From positions 1,448,607 to 1,472,606 of the forward strand of contig NZ_CP132542.1 of NCBI RefSeq assembly GCF_030845175.1: a stretch of 24,000 nt of DNA, in the 5' to 3' direction. The translations under genes were made by a program, and so were the position numbers. The DNA comes from Coralliovum pocilloporae (GTDB lineage Bacteria > Pseudomonadota > Alphaproteobacteria > Rhizobiales > Cohaesibacteraceae). A model generated the notes under the pieces. That model was not told the DNA's origin. It did not search any database and saw nothing but the letters and a program-made list of their open reading frames with translations. Of this stretch, positions 1-8,870 are shown piece after piece. Each line of letters begins with the position of its first letter. Position 1 is the first letter of the stretch.

Positions 1-77
1 TCCGGCTGACCACGGCGGCCTTCTGCACTGGCCTTCGCCTTGTCGATCAAACGGTCCTTATTCGCTTCACTCGCCAT
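1..77 (-). CDS. 5' end of an unidentified protein gene that runs off the left edge (MASEANKDRLIDKAKASAEGRRGQP...)
   Basis: Minus-strand ATG at 75-77 has GGGGAG 8 nt upstream, and the frame stays open to the window edge. Only 25 codons are visible, so no product can be assigned. Confidence 0.4.
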   Translation of the reverse strand, partial: MASEANKDRLIDKAKASAEGRRGQP

Positions 78-232
78 GGATGATTCTCCCCGATCATTGT
101 CCTCATACGAAAGTCTAGCTTAATTGCGGCGGAAAGAAACACCAACCTGTTCAATCTCAGCCGAAACAGCATTTTGATGCAGCTTCGAGGATAACCGTCT
201 AACGAACCGTTACCAATGCGCGAGGAGATCTC

Positions 233-829
233 ATGCCCGACAAGATCCAGAATCAGGCCCCGGATGGAGAGCCCGCAACCGCGCTCAAAATTGCACCATC
301 AGGCCCCATGAGCGACGAGACTCGAGGCTATTTTGCCAAGTGTGAAGAGAAGCTCGGCCTTATACCCAACGTGCTGAAAGCCTATGCATTTGATGAGACC
401 AAGCTGCGCGCGTTCACAGATTTCTACAATGATTTGATGCTGGGGGATTCAGCTCTTAGCAAGCTTGAGCGGGAAATGATTGCCGTTGTCGTCTCAAGCA
501 TCAACAAATGCTATTATTGCCTGACGGCTCACGGTGCTGCTGTCCGGCAACTCTCAAGCGATCCCGCTCTGGGTGAACTGATGGTGATGAACTACAAGGC
601 CGCCCATCTGTCTGAACGGCATCGCGCCATGCTGGATTTTGCAGCCAAAATGACAAAAGCCTCTTCCGACATTGAGGAAGAGGATCGCGAGGCCTTGCGC
701 AAGCAGGGCTTTGATGACCGGACAATATGGGATATTGCCGCCGTCGCATCCTTCTTCAACATGACCAACCGTATGGCATCCGCCATCGACATGCGCCCCA
801 ACGCTGAATATCACGCCATGGCGCGATAA
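233..829 (+). CDS. AhpD-like / carboxymuconolactone decarboxylase family peroxidase-related protein
   Basis: 198-aa ORF with GAGGAG 5 nt upstream of the ATG. It carries the CYYCLTAHG (CxxC..H) motif typical of the AhpD-core alkylhydroperoxidase fold. Confidence 0.85.
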   Translation: MPDKIQNQAPDGEPATALKIAPSGPMSDETRGYFAKCEEKLGLIPNVLKAYAFDETKLRAFTDFYNDLMLGDSALSKLEREMIAVVVSSINKCYYCLTAHGAAVRQLSSDPALGELMVMNYKAAHLSERHRAMLDFAAKMTKASSDIEEEDREALRKQGFDDRTIWDIAAVASFFNMTNRMASAIDMRPNAEYHAMAR

Positions 830-910
830 CACCAGGCGGCACTTGGCAAGAGAGAGCTGCCGGAGTAAACACGGCGCTTGAATTCTCTTCCAATCCAGAA
901 CGAGCTTGCC

Positions 911-2485
911 ATGTCGTCCGAATACAAGACCCGCCGCACCTTTGCGATCATCTCGCATCCGGACGCCGGTAAGACTACCCTGACAGAGAAACTACTGTTG
1001 ACCGGTGGCGCCATTCGCATGGCCGGCGCCGTGAAAACCCGTGGCGATGCCCGCCGGGCCCGCTCCGACTGGATGAAGATCGAGCAGGAACGCGGCATCT
1101 CTGTCACCAGTTCGGTGATGACGTTTGAATATGATGGCAAGACCTGCAATCTGCTTGATACGCCGGGCCACGAAGACTTCAGTGAGGACACCTATCGTAC
1201 TCTGACCGCCGTCGATTCCGCCATCATGGTGATCGACGCTGCCAAGGGTATCGAAAGCCAGACCCGCAAGCTGTTTGAAGTCTGTCGCCTGCGCGATATT
1301 CCCATCATCACCTTCGTCAACAAAGTGGACCGCGAAGGTCGCGATGCGTTCGAAGTGATGGACGAGATCCAGGAAGCTTTGGCACTTGATGTCACCCCGA
1401 TGGTCTGGCCTGTTGGCATGGGCACCGACTTCAAGGGTTGCTACGACCTCGTCAATAACATCTACCACACCTCCAGCCGTCAGGGTGGCGGCTATGACAC
1501 CAAGATTGCCTGTTCCGGCCTGGATGACAGCCAGCTTGATGATCTGGTTCCGTCCGGCATTCTGGAGCCCATGCGGGAGAATGCCGAGCTGGCTGTGGCC
1601 GGTTATCCGGAATTCGATCTGACCTCCTATCGCGAAGGCCATCTGACACCGGTGATTTTCGGCAGCGCGCTGAAGGATTACAGCATCGAGCCGCTGATCA
1701 ACTTCATCGTCAAGAACGCGCCTGAACCGCGACCGAGTCAGGCAGCAAGCCGGTCTGTAGAGCCAGCAGAGGACAAGGTCTCCGGTTTTATATTCAAGGT
1801 TCAGGCCAATATGGACAAGAACCACCGGGACCGTGTGGCCTTTATGCGGCTGTGTTCCGGCAGCTTCAAACGCGGCATGAAGCTGAAACAGGTGCGCACG
1901 GGCAAGGACGTGCAGATGCACAGCCCGATCTTCTTTCTCGCTCAGGATCGCGAGATCGCTGATGATGCCTCACCTGGTGATGTAATCGGCATTCCAAACC
2001 ACGGTACTGTCCGCGTCGGCGATACGTTCACAGAAGGCGAGGCTCTTAAGTTCACCGGCCTTCCTGCCTTCGCGCCGGAAATCCTGCGCCGGGTCCGTCT
2101 GGGCGATTCAACCCGGATCAAACAGCTTCGGTCAGCTCTGGAAGATTTCGCCGAAGAAGGCCTTATCCAGGTCTTCAAGCCAGCAATTGGGTCAAACTGG
2201 ATTGTCGGCGTGGTCGGCATCCTGCAGCTTGACGTTCTCGCCGATCGCGGCAAGGCGGAATACAAGATCGATATTTCCTACGAGCCAATCCCTTATCAGC
2301 TCGCCAACTGGGTCAAGGCGGATGATCCCATCAAGCTGAAGGCTTTCCTGGACGCAAACCGGAACAACATCGTGCATGATCGAGACGACCGCCCGGTGTT
2401 TTTGTCAAAAAGCCCCTGGGAGCTCAACTACACCACTGAAAAGAACCCGGATATCCAGTTCCTGAAGACCCGGGAACTGGATTAA
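911..2485 (+). CDS. prfC: peptide chain release factor 3 (translational GTPase)
   Basis: The translation has RRTFAIISHPDAGKTTLTEKLL (G1), DTPGHEDF (G3) and NKVD (G4), with RF3-like length. The ORF track starts at TTG 878. ATG 911 gives an N-terminus (MSSEYKTRRTFAII) of the usual RF3 length, so I prefer it. Confidence 0.95.
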   Translation: MSSEYKTRRTFAIISHPDAGKTTLTEKLLLTGGAIRMAGAVKTRGDARRARSDWMKIEQERGISVTSSVMTFEYDGKTCNLLDTPGHEDFSEDTYRTLTAVDSAIMVIDAAKGIESQTRKLFEVCRLRDIPIITFVNKVDREGRDAFEVMDEIQEALALDVTPMVWPVGMGTDFKGCYDLVNNIYHTSSRQGGGYDTKIACSGLDDSQLDDLVPSGILEPMRENAELAVAGYPEFDLTSYREGHLTPVIFGSALKDYSIEPLINFIVKNAPEPRPSQAASRSVEPAEDKVSGFIFKVQANMDKNHRDRVAFMRLCSGSFKRGMKLKQVRTGKDVQMHSPIFFLAQDREIADDASPGDVIGIPNHGTVRVGDTFTEGEALKFTGLPAFAPEILRRVRLGDSTRIKQLRSALEDFAEEGLIQVFKPAIGSNWIVGVVGILQLDVLADRGKAEYKIDISYEPIPYQLANWVKADDPIKLKAFLDANRNNIVHDRDDRPVFLSKSPWELNYTTEKNPDIQFLKTRELD

Positions 2486-2486
2486 C

Positions 2487-3161
2487 TCAATCAAGGCCGT
2501 TTGAAGCAAACCATTCGCAGAGCGCATAGACTCCGGCAGCAGCAGGTGGATTTTCCGCTAGAAGAATCCCCAGAACGCCGCAGAAAATACGATCACCCGT
2601 ATCACCATTCACCGGACCACGCCCTTTGTCCCCGACAATGGTACGGATTTCGTTGGGAAAGGCTTTCCGGGATGAAGCGATAAAGCGCTTGAATTGTTGC
2701 TCTCCCTTTCTGCCCACCTCAACACGATTGCCTTTGGGGAAATAGGTCACGCTCCATCTATAGGTCTGCCCAGCCAGCTGACCACGATAGATCATACGTG
2801 TCGCATCACCCCTCTTTTCCATCTTCAGGACATCAAGAATCGCCTTAGCGGATCGATTTCGGGACTCTAAAGTCACACGTTTTTTGTTTCTGCTTGCCTT
2901 GATGCCAGCTTGACTGATCCGTTTGTCCAACCATTTTGCCTGCGACCGAAAGGATCGCTCCGGTTTGCTGAGGCATAATGGAGGACATTGAACAGTCGGA
3001 CACTTTGGTGCTGTTGGCCAGATATTGCAGATGGATTGACCAATCAGATCTCTGATCGGTGGTAGTTCCTTGGCTTGCGTACCCAGGCTGAGTGAAGACA
3101 GACAGAGCAGGGCGGCGAGCACACTCCAGACACCGTTTAAAATCAAGCGTTTTAGGGTCAT
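2487..3161 (-). CDS. hypothetical secreted protein, Cys-rich and basic, no family recognised
   Basis: ATG at 3161 has AGGAG 7 nt upstream; the track ORF extends to 3194. The N-terminus MTLKRLILNGVWSVLAALLCLSSLSLGTQA|KE reads as a Sec signal. The mature part starts with C-x8-C-x4-C-x3-C and is rich in Lys and Arg. The stop lies 1 nt from the prfC stop, in convergent orientation. Confidence 0.7.
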   Translation of the reverse strand: MTLKRLILNGVWSVLAALLCLSSLSLGTQAKELPPIRDLIGQSICNIWPTAPKCPTVQCPPLCLSKPERSFRSQAKWLDKRISQAGIKASRNKKRVTLESRNRSAKAILDVLKMEKRGDATRMIYRGQLAGQTYRWSVTYFPKGNRVEVGRKGEQQFKRFIASSRKAFPNEIRTIVGDKGRGPVNGDTGDRIFCGVLGILLAENPPAAAGVYALCEWFASNGLD

Positions 3162-3308
3162 TTGAAAACTCCTGAATAGGTTTAAACAACCCAATTGCCT
3201 ATACAGGTGCGTTAAATTCTGCGTATTGTAAAAAACGGAAAATCAACCGGAGATTTTGTTATCGAGCATTATAATTTCTATCCAGTACCCGAGACACTGA
3301 ACCGCTAT

Positions 3309-4106
3309 GTGCGCGGCATTTACCTGGCCAACCAGTCAATAGACCGGCTCAGCATCGCAGCACCACCAACTGGTTATCCCTTACTTGGACATATCTGGCA
3401 GGGGTTCGAAGTTGCAGTTGTAAATGGTGTCCCGGTTCCAGAAATGCCAATGCCTATGAATCACTTCAGCGGCCAGCTTCTCAAAACCAATGCTGAGGTC
3501 CGCTGGACCGGTCACATCGGCCATCTCCTTACCGAATTTACTGCAACAGGCCTTTATGAATTATTCGGCATACCAGGAGACAAGCTGGTCAATACCACGG
3601 TGCCCGTAGCCTTGCTTGCACCGCAATTCGACCGTGCAATGACAGAGCGGCTTAAGCCACTCCAGATTGACGGCTATGTAGAGGGGCTTTGCGAATTACT
3701 GAAGGATCAGGCAAGCAAGGCAATTCGGGCACCAGACTTTGTAACTGAAGCCGTCAGGCAGATTGAAGGGGCCAGCGGAGATGTAAAGCTTGGTGAACTT
3801 GCCAAGCACCTGCATACCTCAGACAGATCATTTCGCGAGCATTTTCAGTCTATTGTCGGCGTGCCACCGAAATTCTTCTGCCGAGCAGTGCAATTTAACT
3901 ACGTCGTATCCATCGTTATGAGCGAGGAAGAAGTACCACTTGCACAACTGGCTTCAGAAGCCGGATATTATGACCAAGCACACTTTTGTAGAGTTTTCCG
4001 CGAGTACGTACTCACAACACCGCGGGACTTTTTCAAAAGCGATCATTCAAAAATCTCAAGCTTTATCCGACAAAACAGAACCACATATGATTCCCGACAG
4101 GCCTGA
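3309..4106 (+). CDS. AraC family transcriptional regulator
   Basis: The C-terminus has a double helix-turn-helix (LGELAKHLHTSDRSFREHFQSIVGVPPKFF ... LAQLASEAGYYDQAHFCRVFREYVLTTPRDFF). GTG 3309 is the first canonical start after the in-frame stop at 3213, so the 5' end is uncertain (see findings). Confidence 0.85.
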   Translation: MRGIYLANQSIDRLSIAAPPTGYPLLGHIWQGFEVAVVNGVPVPEMPMPMNHFSGQLLKTNAEVRWTGHIGHLLTEFTATGLYELFGIPGDKLVNTTVPVALLAPQFDRAMTERLKPLQIDGYVEGLCELLKDQASKAIRAPDFVTEAVRQIEGASGDVKLGELAKHLHTSDRSFREHFQSIVGVPPKFFCRAVQFNYVVSIVMSEEEVPLAQLASEAGYYDQAHFCRVFREYVLTTPRDFFKSDHSKISSFIRQNRTTYDSRQA

Positions 4107-4116
4107 ATTCCAATAG

Positions 4117-4794
4117 TCACGGAAACTGAACACCAGGCTGTCCGGACTGGTAGTCCCAGACAGCCCATTTCGGTGTGATGCTCAAAAACAGTTCTGATGT
4201 CACATGACGCTCGAGCCATTGGTGCAGTGCAGTCGGTCCGGCTTCTTCAAACCAGACTCTATCCGTGTTGGCAAACTGACGCACAAAGGGGAACAGCGCC
4301 ATATCGGCCAGAGACGGTCTATCACCGAAGAGATTGGCATGGTGATCAAGCCGGGTAACCAGGGGCGACAGGCAGGTCATCGCCCGCTCCCTGTGGTCTT
4401 CGGGGTCCGCGCCTTCATAACGGCTGGCATATTTGTAATGATCCAGATGATGCTTGAAATCACCATCCATCTCGGCAATCAGCGCCAGCATATCCTCGCA
4501 TGTTCCACTTTCAGGCCTTAGCCAACCATACGGGTCATGCTGACCAAGAGCCCAGAGCATAATATCAAGGCTCTGCTCCAGCACCTGCCCGTCTGTCAGA
4601 CAAAGAACCGGAACCGTTCCCTTCGGAGAAACCTCCAGCATCTGCGGCGGCTTGTCTCTCAGAACAATCTCCCGCAGCTCGCAGGGCTGATTACTGACGG
4701 AAAGTGCCAGTCTCGCCCGCATGGCATAGGGACAGCGACGGAACGAATACAGGACAGGGCGGGATGAAACGGCTTGATCACTCATCGCATTCAC
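4117..4794 (-). CDS. glutathione S-transferase family protein (thioredoxin-like N-domain with CPYA motif)
   Basis: The N-terminus reads YSFRRCPYAMRARLAL...KGTVPVL...ESLDIMLWAL, a GST N-terminal fold. GTG 4794 overlaps the bioZ stop (GTGA); the alternative start is ATG 4785. Confidence 0.85.
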   Translation of the reverse strand: MNAMSDQAVSSRPVLYSFRRCPYAMRARLALSVSNQPCELREIVLRDKPPQMLEVSPKGTVPVLCLTDGQVLEQSLDIMLWALGQHDPYGWLRPESGTCEDMLALIAEMDGDFKHHLDHYKYASRYEGADPEDHRERAMTCLSPLVTRLDHHANLFGDRPSLADMALFPFVRQFANTDRVWFEEAGPTALHQWLERHVTSELFLSITPKWAVWDYQSGQPGVQFP

Positions 4795-5777
4795 AACACC
4801 CAGAGGGCTGAACCGCCCGTCATGCCTGCACCAGCAGCACTCATCAGAACATGATCACCGCTCCTGAGCAGCTTCTGCTCATGATGAATGAGCGAGAGAG
4901 TGAGCGGGATCGTGGCGGCAGAACTGTTGCCGTAACGCTCAACTGAAGACCGGACCCTGTCCTTCGGTAAGCGGATTTTCTCCGCTACCTTGTCAAACAT
5001 CCGCCGGTTAGCCTGATGTGGCACAAAATGGTTCACCGCTTCAGGCGCAACATCCGCTCGCTCCAGAACCGCAGAGCCACTATTCGCCATCATGGAAACC
5101 GCTTTCGCAAAGACCTGCTGACCATTTTCAATATGCATCATGCGGTCTTCAGGCGCATGGGGGCGATCATAGGGGTGTCGTGTACCACCAACAGGGATCT
5201 TGATCAGATCATATCCTGCACCATCCGAACACAGCTCAAATGCACGCATCCCTCGCTCTGATGATGAATGAGGTTTAAGGACCACAGCGCCAGCAGCATC
5301 GGCAAACAGAATGGCACTGGCCCGTTCCTGTTCATTAATACGACGGCTTAATATGTTAGCGGCGACCACAAGTGCCGACTTCTGCTGCGCCCGGACAAAG
5401 CCTTCCGCAAAGCTGAGCGCATAGAGAAATCCGCCACAGGCGCCCGTAATATCCACCGCACCCGGATGGCTGAGACCCAGACGATGAGCCAGAAGCGGAG
5501 CCGAAGGCGGCAGCAGATGATCAGGCGTGCTGGTTGCCAGCAGAAGGAGGCCAATCTCACCTGTATCAATCCCTGCATCCGACAAGGCCTGCTGAGCCGC
5601 AGGCAATGCCATATCCGTCAGGCTTTCATGGTCTGATGCATAATGTCTGCCCACAATACCGGACCGCCGCTCAATCCAGCCGGGATCAAGCCCAAGGCGC
5701 GCTTCAATCTCGGCGCTTGGAATAGCCCGGTCAGGAACCGAATGCCCGAACCCGCACATGTGGACACCAGCACTCAT
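4791..5777 (-). CDS. bioZ: FabH-like 3-oxoacyl-ACP synthase III in a biotin operon, i.e. BioZ-type pimeloyl-ACP pathway enzyme
   Basis: The KAS III catalytic motifs are present: GACGGFLYAL (Cys), VPHQANRRM (His) and GNSSAATIP (Asn). It sits directly downstream of bioA with a 1-nt overlap (TGATG), which matches the alphaproteobacterial bioBFDAZ arrangement. Confidence 0.8.
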   Translation of the reverse strand: MSAGVHMCGFGHSVPDRAIPSAEIEARLGLDPGWIERRSGIVGRHYASDHESLTDMALPAAQQALSDAGIDTGEIGLLLLATSTPDHLLPPSAPLLAHRLGLSHPGAVDITGACGGFLYALSFAEGFVRAQQKSALVVAANILSRRINEQERASAILFADAAGAVVLKPHSSSERGMRAFELCSDGAGYDLIKIPVGGTRHPYDRPHAPEDRMMHIENGQQVFAKAVSMMANSGSAVLERADVAPEAVNHFVPHQANRRMFDKVAEKIRLPKDRVRSSVERYGNSSAATIPLTLSLIHHEQKLLRSGDHVLMSAAGAGMTGGSALWVL

Positions 5778-7042
5778 CAGGCAAAAGCATCCGCTGCGGC
5801 CTGAATGGCATCATAGACCTGATCAAGATCGCTTTCTGTCGAGCAATAGGGTGGCATGACATAGACCGTATTCCCGAGAGGCCTCAGCAGCAGATCACGC
5901 GCCTTGAAAAACTCATAAAGCCGCGGCCCGACCGATGAGAGATACCCCTCGTCGCGCGCCTTCAAATCCAATGCGGCAATGGTCCCGGTCTGTCTGATAT
6001 TCTCGAACCGCTCATCCTCGGAAAACCGGCTGAGATAGCGTGTCTGCATTGCCACCAGATTAGCTATCCTGTCGCGCACATCACCCTCACGCCAGAGGCG
6101 CAGATTGGCAGCAGCGGCCGCGCAGGCAATCGGATTCGCTGTATAGGAACTGGAATGGAAGAAGGTTTTCGACCTGTCTTCGGAATAATGCGCGTCAAAA
6201 ATCTCTGACCGGCACAGCGTTACCGCAAGCGGCATGGAACCACCGGTAATCCCTTTTGAATAGCAGGCAATATCCGGCTCAACGTCGGCCTGCTCACAGG
6301 CAAACAGGGTTCCTGTCCTGCCCCAGCCCACCATGACCTCATCCGCGATAAACAGAACCCCATGAGCCTCACAGACATCCTTCATGCGCTTGAGAACATC
6401 CGGGCTGTACATCAGCATGCCGCCAGCACCGAGAACCAGCGGTTCCACAATAAACGCAGCCACATCACCGGCTGCACACAGGGCTTCAAGCCGCTCAATC
6501 GTCTGGTCTTCCACCCCTGAAGAGGGAAACGGCACGCTGGTGACATCAAACATCAGCGGGTCATAAGGCGCGTTGAACACCCCGCGCTCACCCACAGACA
6601 TGGTCCCGATCGTATCGCCGTGATAGCTGTTTTCCATCACGATGATCCGGGTGCGCCTTGTCTCACCAATGTGCTGCCAGTAGCCAAGCGCCATTTTCAG
6701 CGCCACTTCCACACAGGTGGATCCGCTATCGGAAAAGAACACATGATTGAGCGTATCCGGTGTCATCGACAGGAGCCCGTCCGCCACCTCTTCCGCCGGT
6801 GTATGGGTATGCCCGGCAAAGATCACCTGATCAAGCTTGTCGGCCTGATCCTTGATTGCCTGGATGATATCAGGCTGACGATGGCCATGGGTGACAACCC
6901 ACCAGCTTGAGATCCCGTCAAAGATCTGCCGACCGTCCGGTGTTTCAAGATAAGCGCCTTCGGCCCGCTCAATCTTCAGCATTTCCGGCATGATGGCGTG
7001 CTGCGTGAACGGATGCCAGATCGGGAAACGTCTGTCAGTCAT
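5777..7042 (-). CDS. bioA: adenosylmethionine-8-amino-7-oxononanoate aminotransferase
   Basis: Class III aminotransferase starting MTDRRFPIWHPFTQH, with ADEV..GWGRTG and SKG motifs. I prefer ATG 7042 over the track's TTG 7060. The operon context supports the call. Confidence 0.93.
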   Translation of the reverse strand: MTDRRFPIWHPFTQHAIMPEMLKIERAEGAYLETPDGRQIFDGISSWWVVTHGHRQPDIIQAIKDQADKLDQVIFAGHTHTPAEEVADGLLSMTPDTLNHVFFSDSGSTCVEVALKMALGYWQHIGETRRTRIIVMENSYHGDTIGTMSVGERGVFNAPYDPLMFDVTSVPFPSSGVEDQTIERLEALCAAGDVAAFIVEPLVLGAGGMLMYSPDVLKRMKDVCEAHGVLFIADEVMVGWGRTGTLFACEQADVEPDIACYSKGITGGSMPLAVTLCRSEIFDAHYSEDRSKTFFHSSSYTANPIACAAAAANLRLWREGDVRDRIANLVAMQTRYLSRFSEDERFENIRQTGTIAALDLKARDEGYLSSVGPRLYEFFKARDLLLRPLGNTVYVMPPYCSTESDLDQVYDAIQAAADAFA

Positions 7043-7056
7043 CAAGACCCCCAGTC

Positions 7057-7689
7057 TCAAGTAAAGTCCGTAAAGTCAGAAAGAGTGAATTGTTCGGCAA
7101 AAACGGCAGCCAGTGTATCAGGGGTCAGCGGATCAACAAATGGCAGACGCCCAAGCCGCTTGACGGCCCCCATCTCGCAAATGGTCCGTTCCGTGTCGGG
7201 CACTTCATCACCCACAAAAGCCATGCCGATAATCGGGATATGCCGGGCCCGCAGAGCTTCTAGCGACAGAAGCGCATGGTTGATCGCCCCCAGGGCTGTC
7301 CGTCCCACCAGAACCACAGGCAATTGCCAGTGCGCAATCACATCCGCATAGAGGATGGAGCGTGTCAGAGGCACAAGCAATCCACCCGCACCCTCAATGA
7401 CCAGAGACCCATCGACCTGTGGCGGTGCCAACAGGGATGTATCGAGCTCAATCCCGTCAATCTCTGCCGAAACATGAGGTGAAGCCGGGGTATTGAGACG
7501 ATAGATCTCCGGGATGATCCGCTCATCAGACAGACCCGCCAGTTCCGTGACCGTCAGGGTATCTGTACCATCCGCCAATCCGGCCTGAACCGGTTTCCAG
7601 TACGATGCACCAAGCGCCTGACACAGCCCGGCCGCAAACACTGTCTTGCCAACATCTGTATCCGTTCCGACAACAACCAGACGGGTCAT
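7057..7689 (-). CDS. bioD: dethiobiotin synthase
   Basis: The N-terminus [22 protein letters not shown] contains a P-loop, the length is 210 aa, and the start forms an ATGA overlap with the bioF stop. Confidence 0.93.
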   Translation of the reverse strand: MTRLVVVGTDTDVGKTVFAAGLCQALGASYWKPVQAGLADGTDTLTVTELAGLSDERIIPEIYRLNTPASPHVSAEIDGIELDTSLLAPPQVDGSLVIEGAGGLLVPLTRSILYADVIAHWQLPVVLVGRTALGAINHALLSLEALRARHIPIIGMAFVGDEVPDTERTICEMGAVKRLGRLPFVDPLTPDTLAAVFAEQFTLSDFTDFT

Positions 7690-8870
7690 GTGCTCTGTCG
7701 CTCCATTTCATCCCTGAGGGCAGAGATCATTGCCCTCACATCTGCCTCATCAACATTCAGCGTCAGCGAAATTCTGAGCCGCGACGTGCCCTCTGGCACA
7801 GTCGGCGGCCTGACAGCGCGAATATCAAACCCGCGTTCCTGCAGACCATTGGCCAGACGGACAGCCCGCCCTGCATCACCGACAATCACCGGCTGGATTT
7901 GAGAACCCGAAGCCGGCAAATCAAGATCGGACAGCCCCTCTTTCAGCACGTTAATCAGATGGGCCAGCGTCTCACGCCGCTGCGGCTCGTCTGACAGGAT
8001 GTTCAGGCTTTCCCTGACGACTACAGCCATCAAAGGCGACGGAGCCGTCGCATAGATGAACGGCCTGCATCGGTTGACCAGATAGTCCTTCAAAACCTGC
8101 GACAGACAGACGAAAGCACCAGAGGCTCCAAGCGCCTTGCCACATGTGTGAAGGATTATGACATTGTCACGACCTTCAAAATCCGCACTTAGTCCGCGGC
8201 CTTCCGGACCAAAGACGCCCGTGGCATGGGCTTCATCAATGATCAGAAACCCATCCTGCCTGTCAGCAACAGCAACCAGATCCGACAGGGGTGCCCTGTC
8301 GCCATCCATACTGTAGAGGCTTTCCACGACGATCCAGGGACGACCCTTGCCGCCCTGTGACCGCCAGTCCAGAACAGCCTTCTCAACTGCCCCGGCATCA
8401 TTGTGGGCGACCAGAACCGTCTCGGCCCGCGCCGACCGCGCTCCATCATGACAGCTGGCATGCACCAGATCGTCCAGCAGGATCAGATCTCCCTTCTGTG
8501 GCAATGTGGTCAAAAGCGCATAATTGGCTACAAAACCACCACCAAAGAACAAGACCGACGAAGCCCCGAAAAATTCTGCAGCAGCGTCTTCAAGAGCCTC
8601 GATGTGCGGATCATTGCCACGCAGCAACCGCGATCCGCCCGCTCCGACCGGGATCTCACCCTCAAGGGCATCAGAAAGCGCCGCACGGAGGCGCGGATGA
8701 TTGGCCAGCCCCAGATAATCATTGGACGCGAAGTCAAGACCAGAAGCAGGTTTGAGACCCCGCAGCCTGTCCCGTTCACCAAGCCGTCTCAGCGAGGTTT
8801 CATAACGATCAAGCAAGCCTGATCCGTCACTCTGCTGCGGCATCGACCCGTGAAAACTGTGCTGGATCAT
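7686..8870 (-). CDS. bioF: 8-amino-7-oxononanoate synthase
   Basis: Alpha-oxoamine synthase family, with DEAH and ...TCGKALG (PLP lysine) motifs. The track ORF reaches 8924. ATG 8870 has GAGGA 8 nt upstream; ATG 8843 is the alternative. Either start overlaps the bioB 3' end, by 44 nt or 17 nt. Confidence 0.9.
   Translation of the reverse strand: MIQHSFHGSMPQQSDGSGLLDRYETSLRRLGERDRLRGLKPASGLDFASNDYLGLANHPRLRAALSDALEGEIPVGAGGSRLLRGNDPHIEALEDAAAEFFGASSVLFFGGGFVANYALLTTLPQKGDLILLDDLVHASCHDGARSARAETVLVAHNDAGAVEKAVLDWRSQGGKGRPWIVVESLYSMDGDRAPLSDLVAVADRQDGFLIIDEAHATGVFGPEGRGLSADFEGRDNVIILHTCGKALGASGAFVCLSQVLKDYLVNRCRPFIYATAPSPLMAVVVRESLNILSDEPQRRETLAHLINVLKEGLSDLDLPASGSQIQPVIVGDAGRAVRLANGLQERGFDIRAVRPPTVPEGTSRLRISLTLNVDEADVRAMISALRDEMERQST

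Noticed and set aside
992-1921. 309-aa ORF on the minus strand inside prfC
   Set aside because: It is entirely antisense to a confidently identified GTPase gene. It has no start-site signals or recognisable motifs. Long shadow ORFs like this are typical opposite GC-rich coding sequence.
2487-3161. Toxin-like readings of the orphan secreted protein: an ADP-ribosyltransferase-style R / S-x-S / E pattern (IYRG ... ASS ... E) and barnase/RNase-like fragments (FPNE, GDRIF)
   Set aside because: The putative motifs are short, there is no ExE/QxE, and the order does not match the RNase N1/T1 family. I cannot support either assignment without a profile or structure search.
8291-8822. Two overlapping plus-strand ORFs (154 and 139 aa) inside bioF
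   Set aside because: They are antisense to bioF, the products are Pro/Arg-rich with no motifs, and they are inconsistent with the tightly coupled minus-strand operon.
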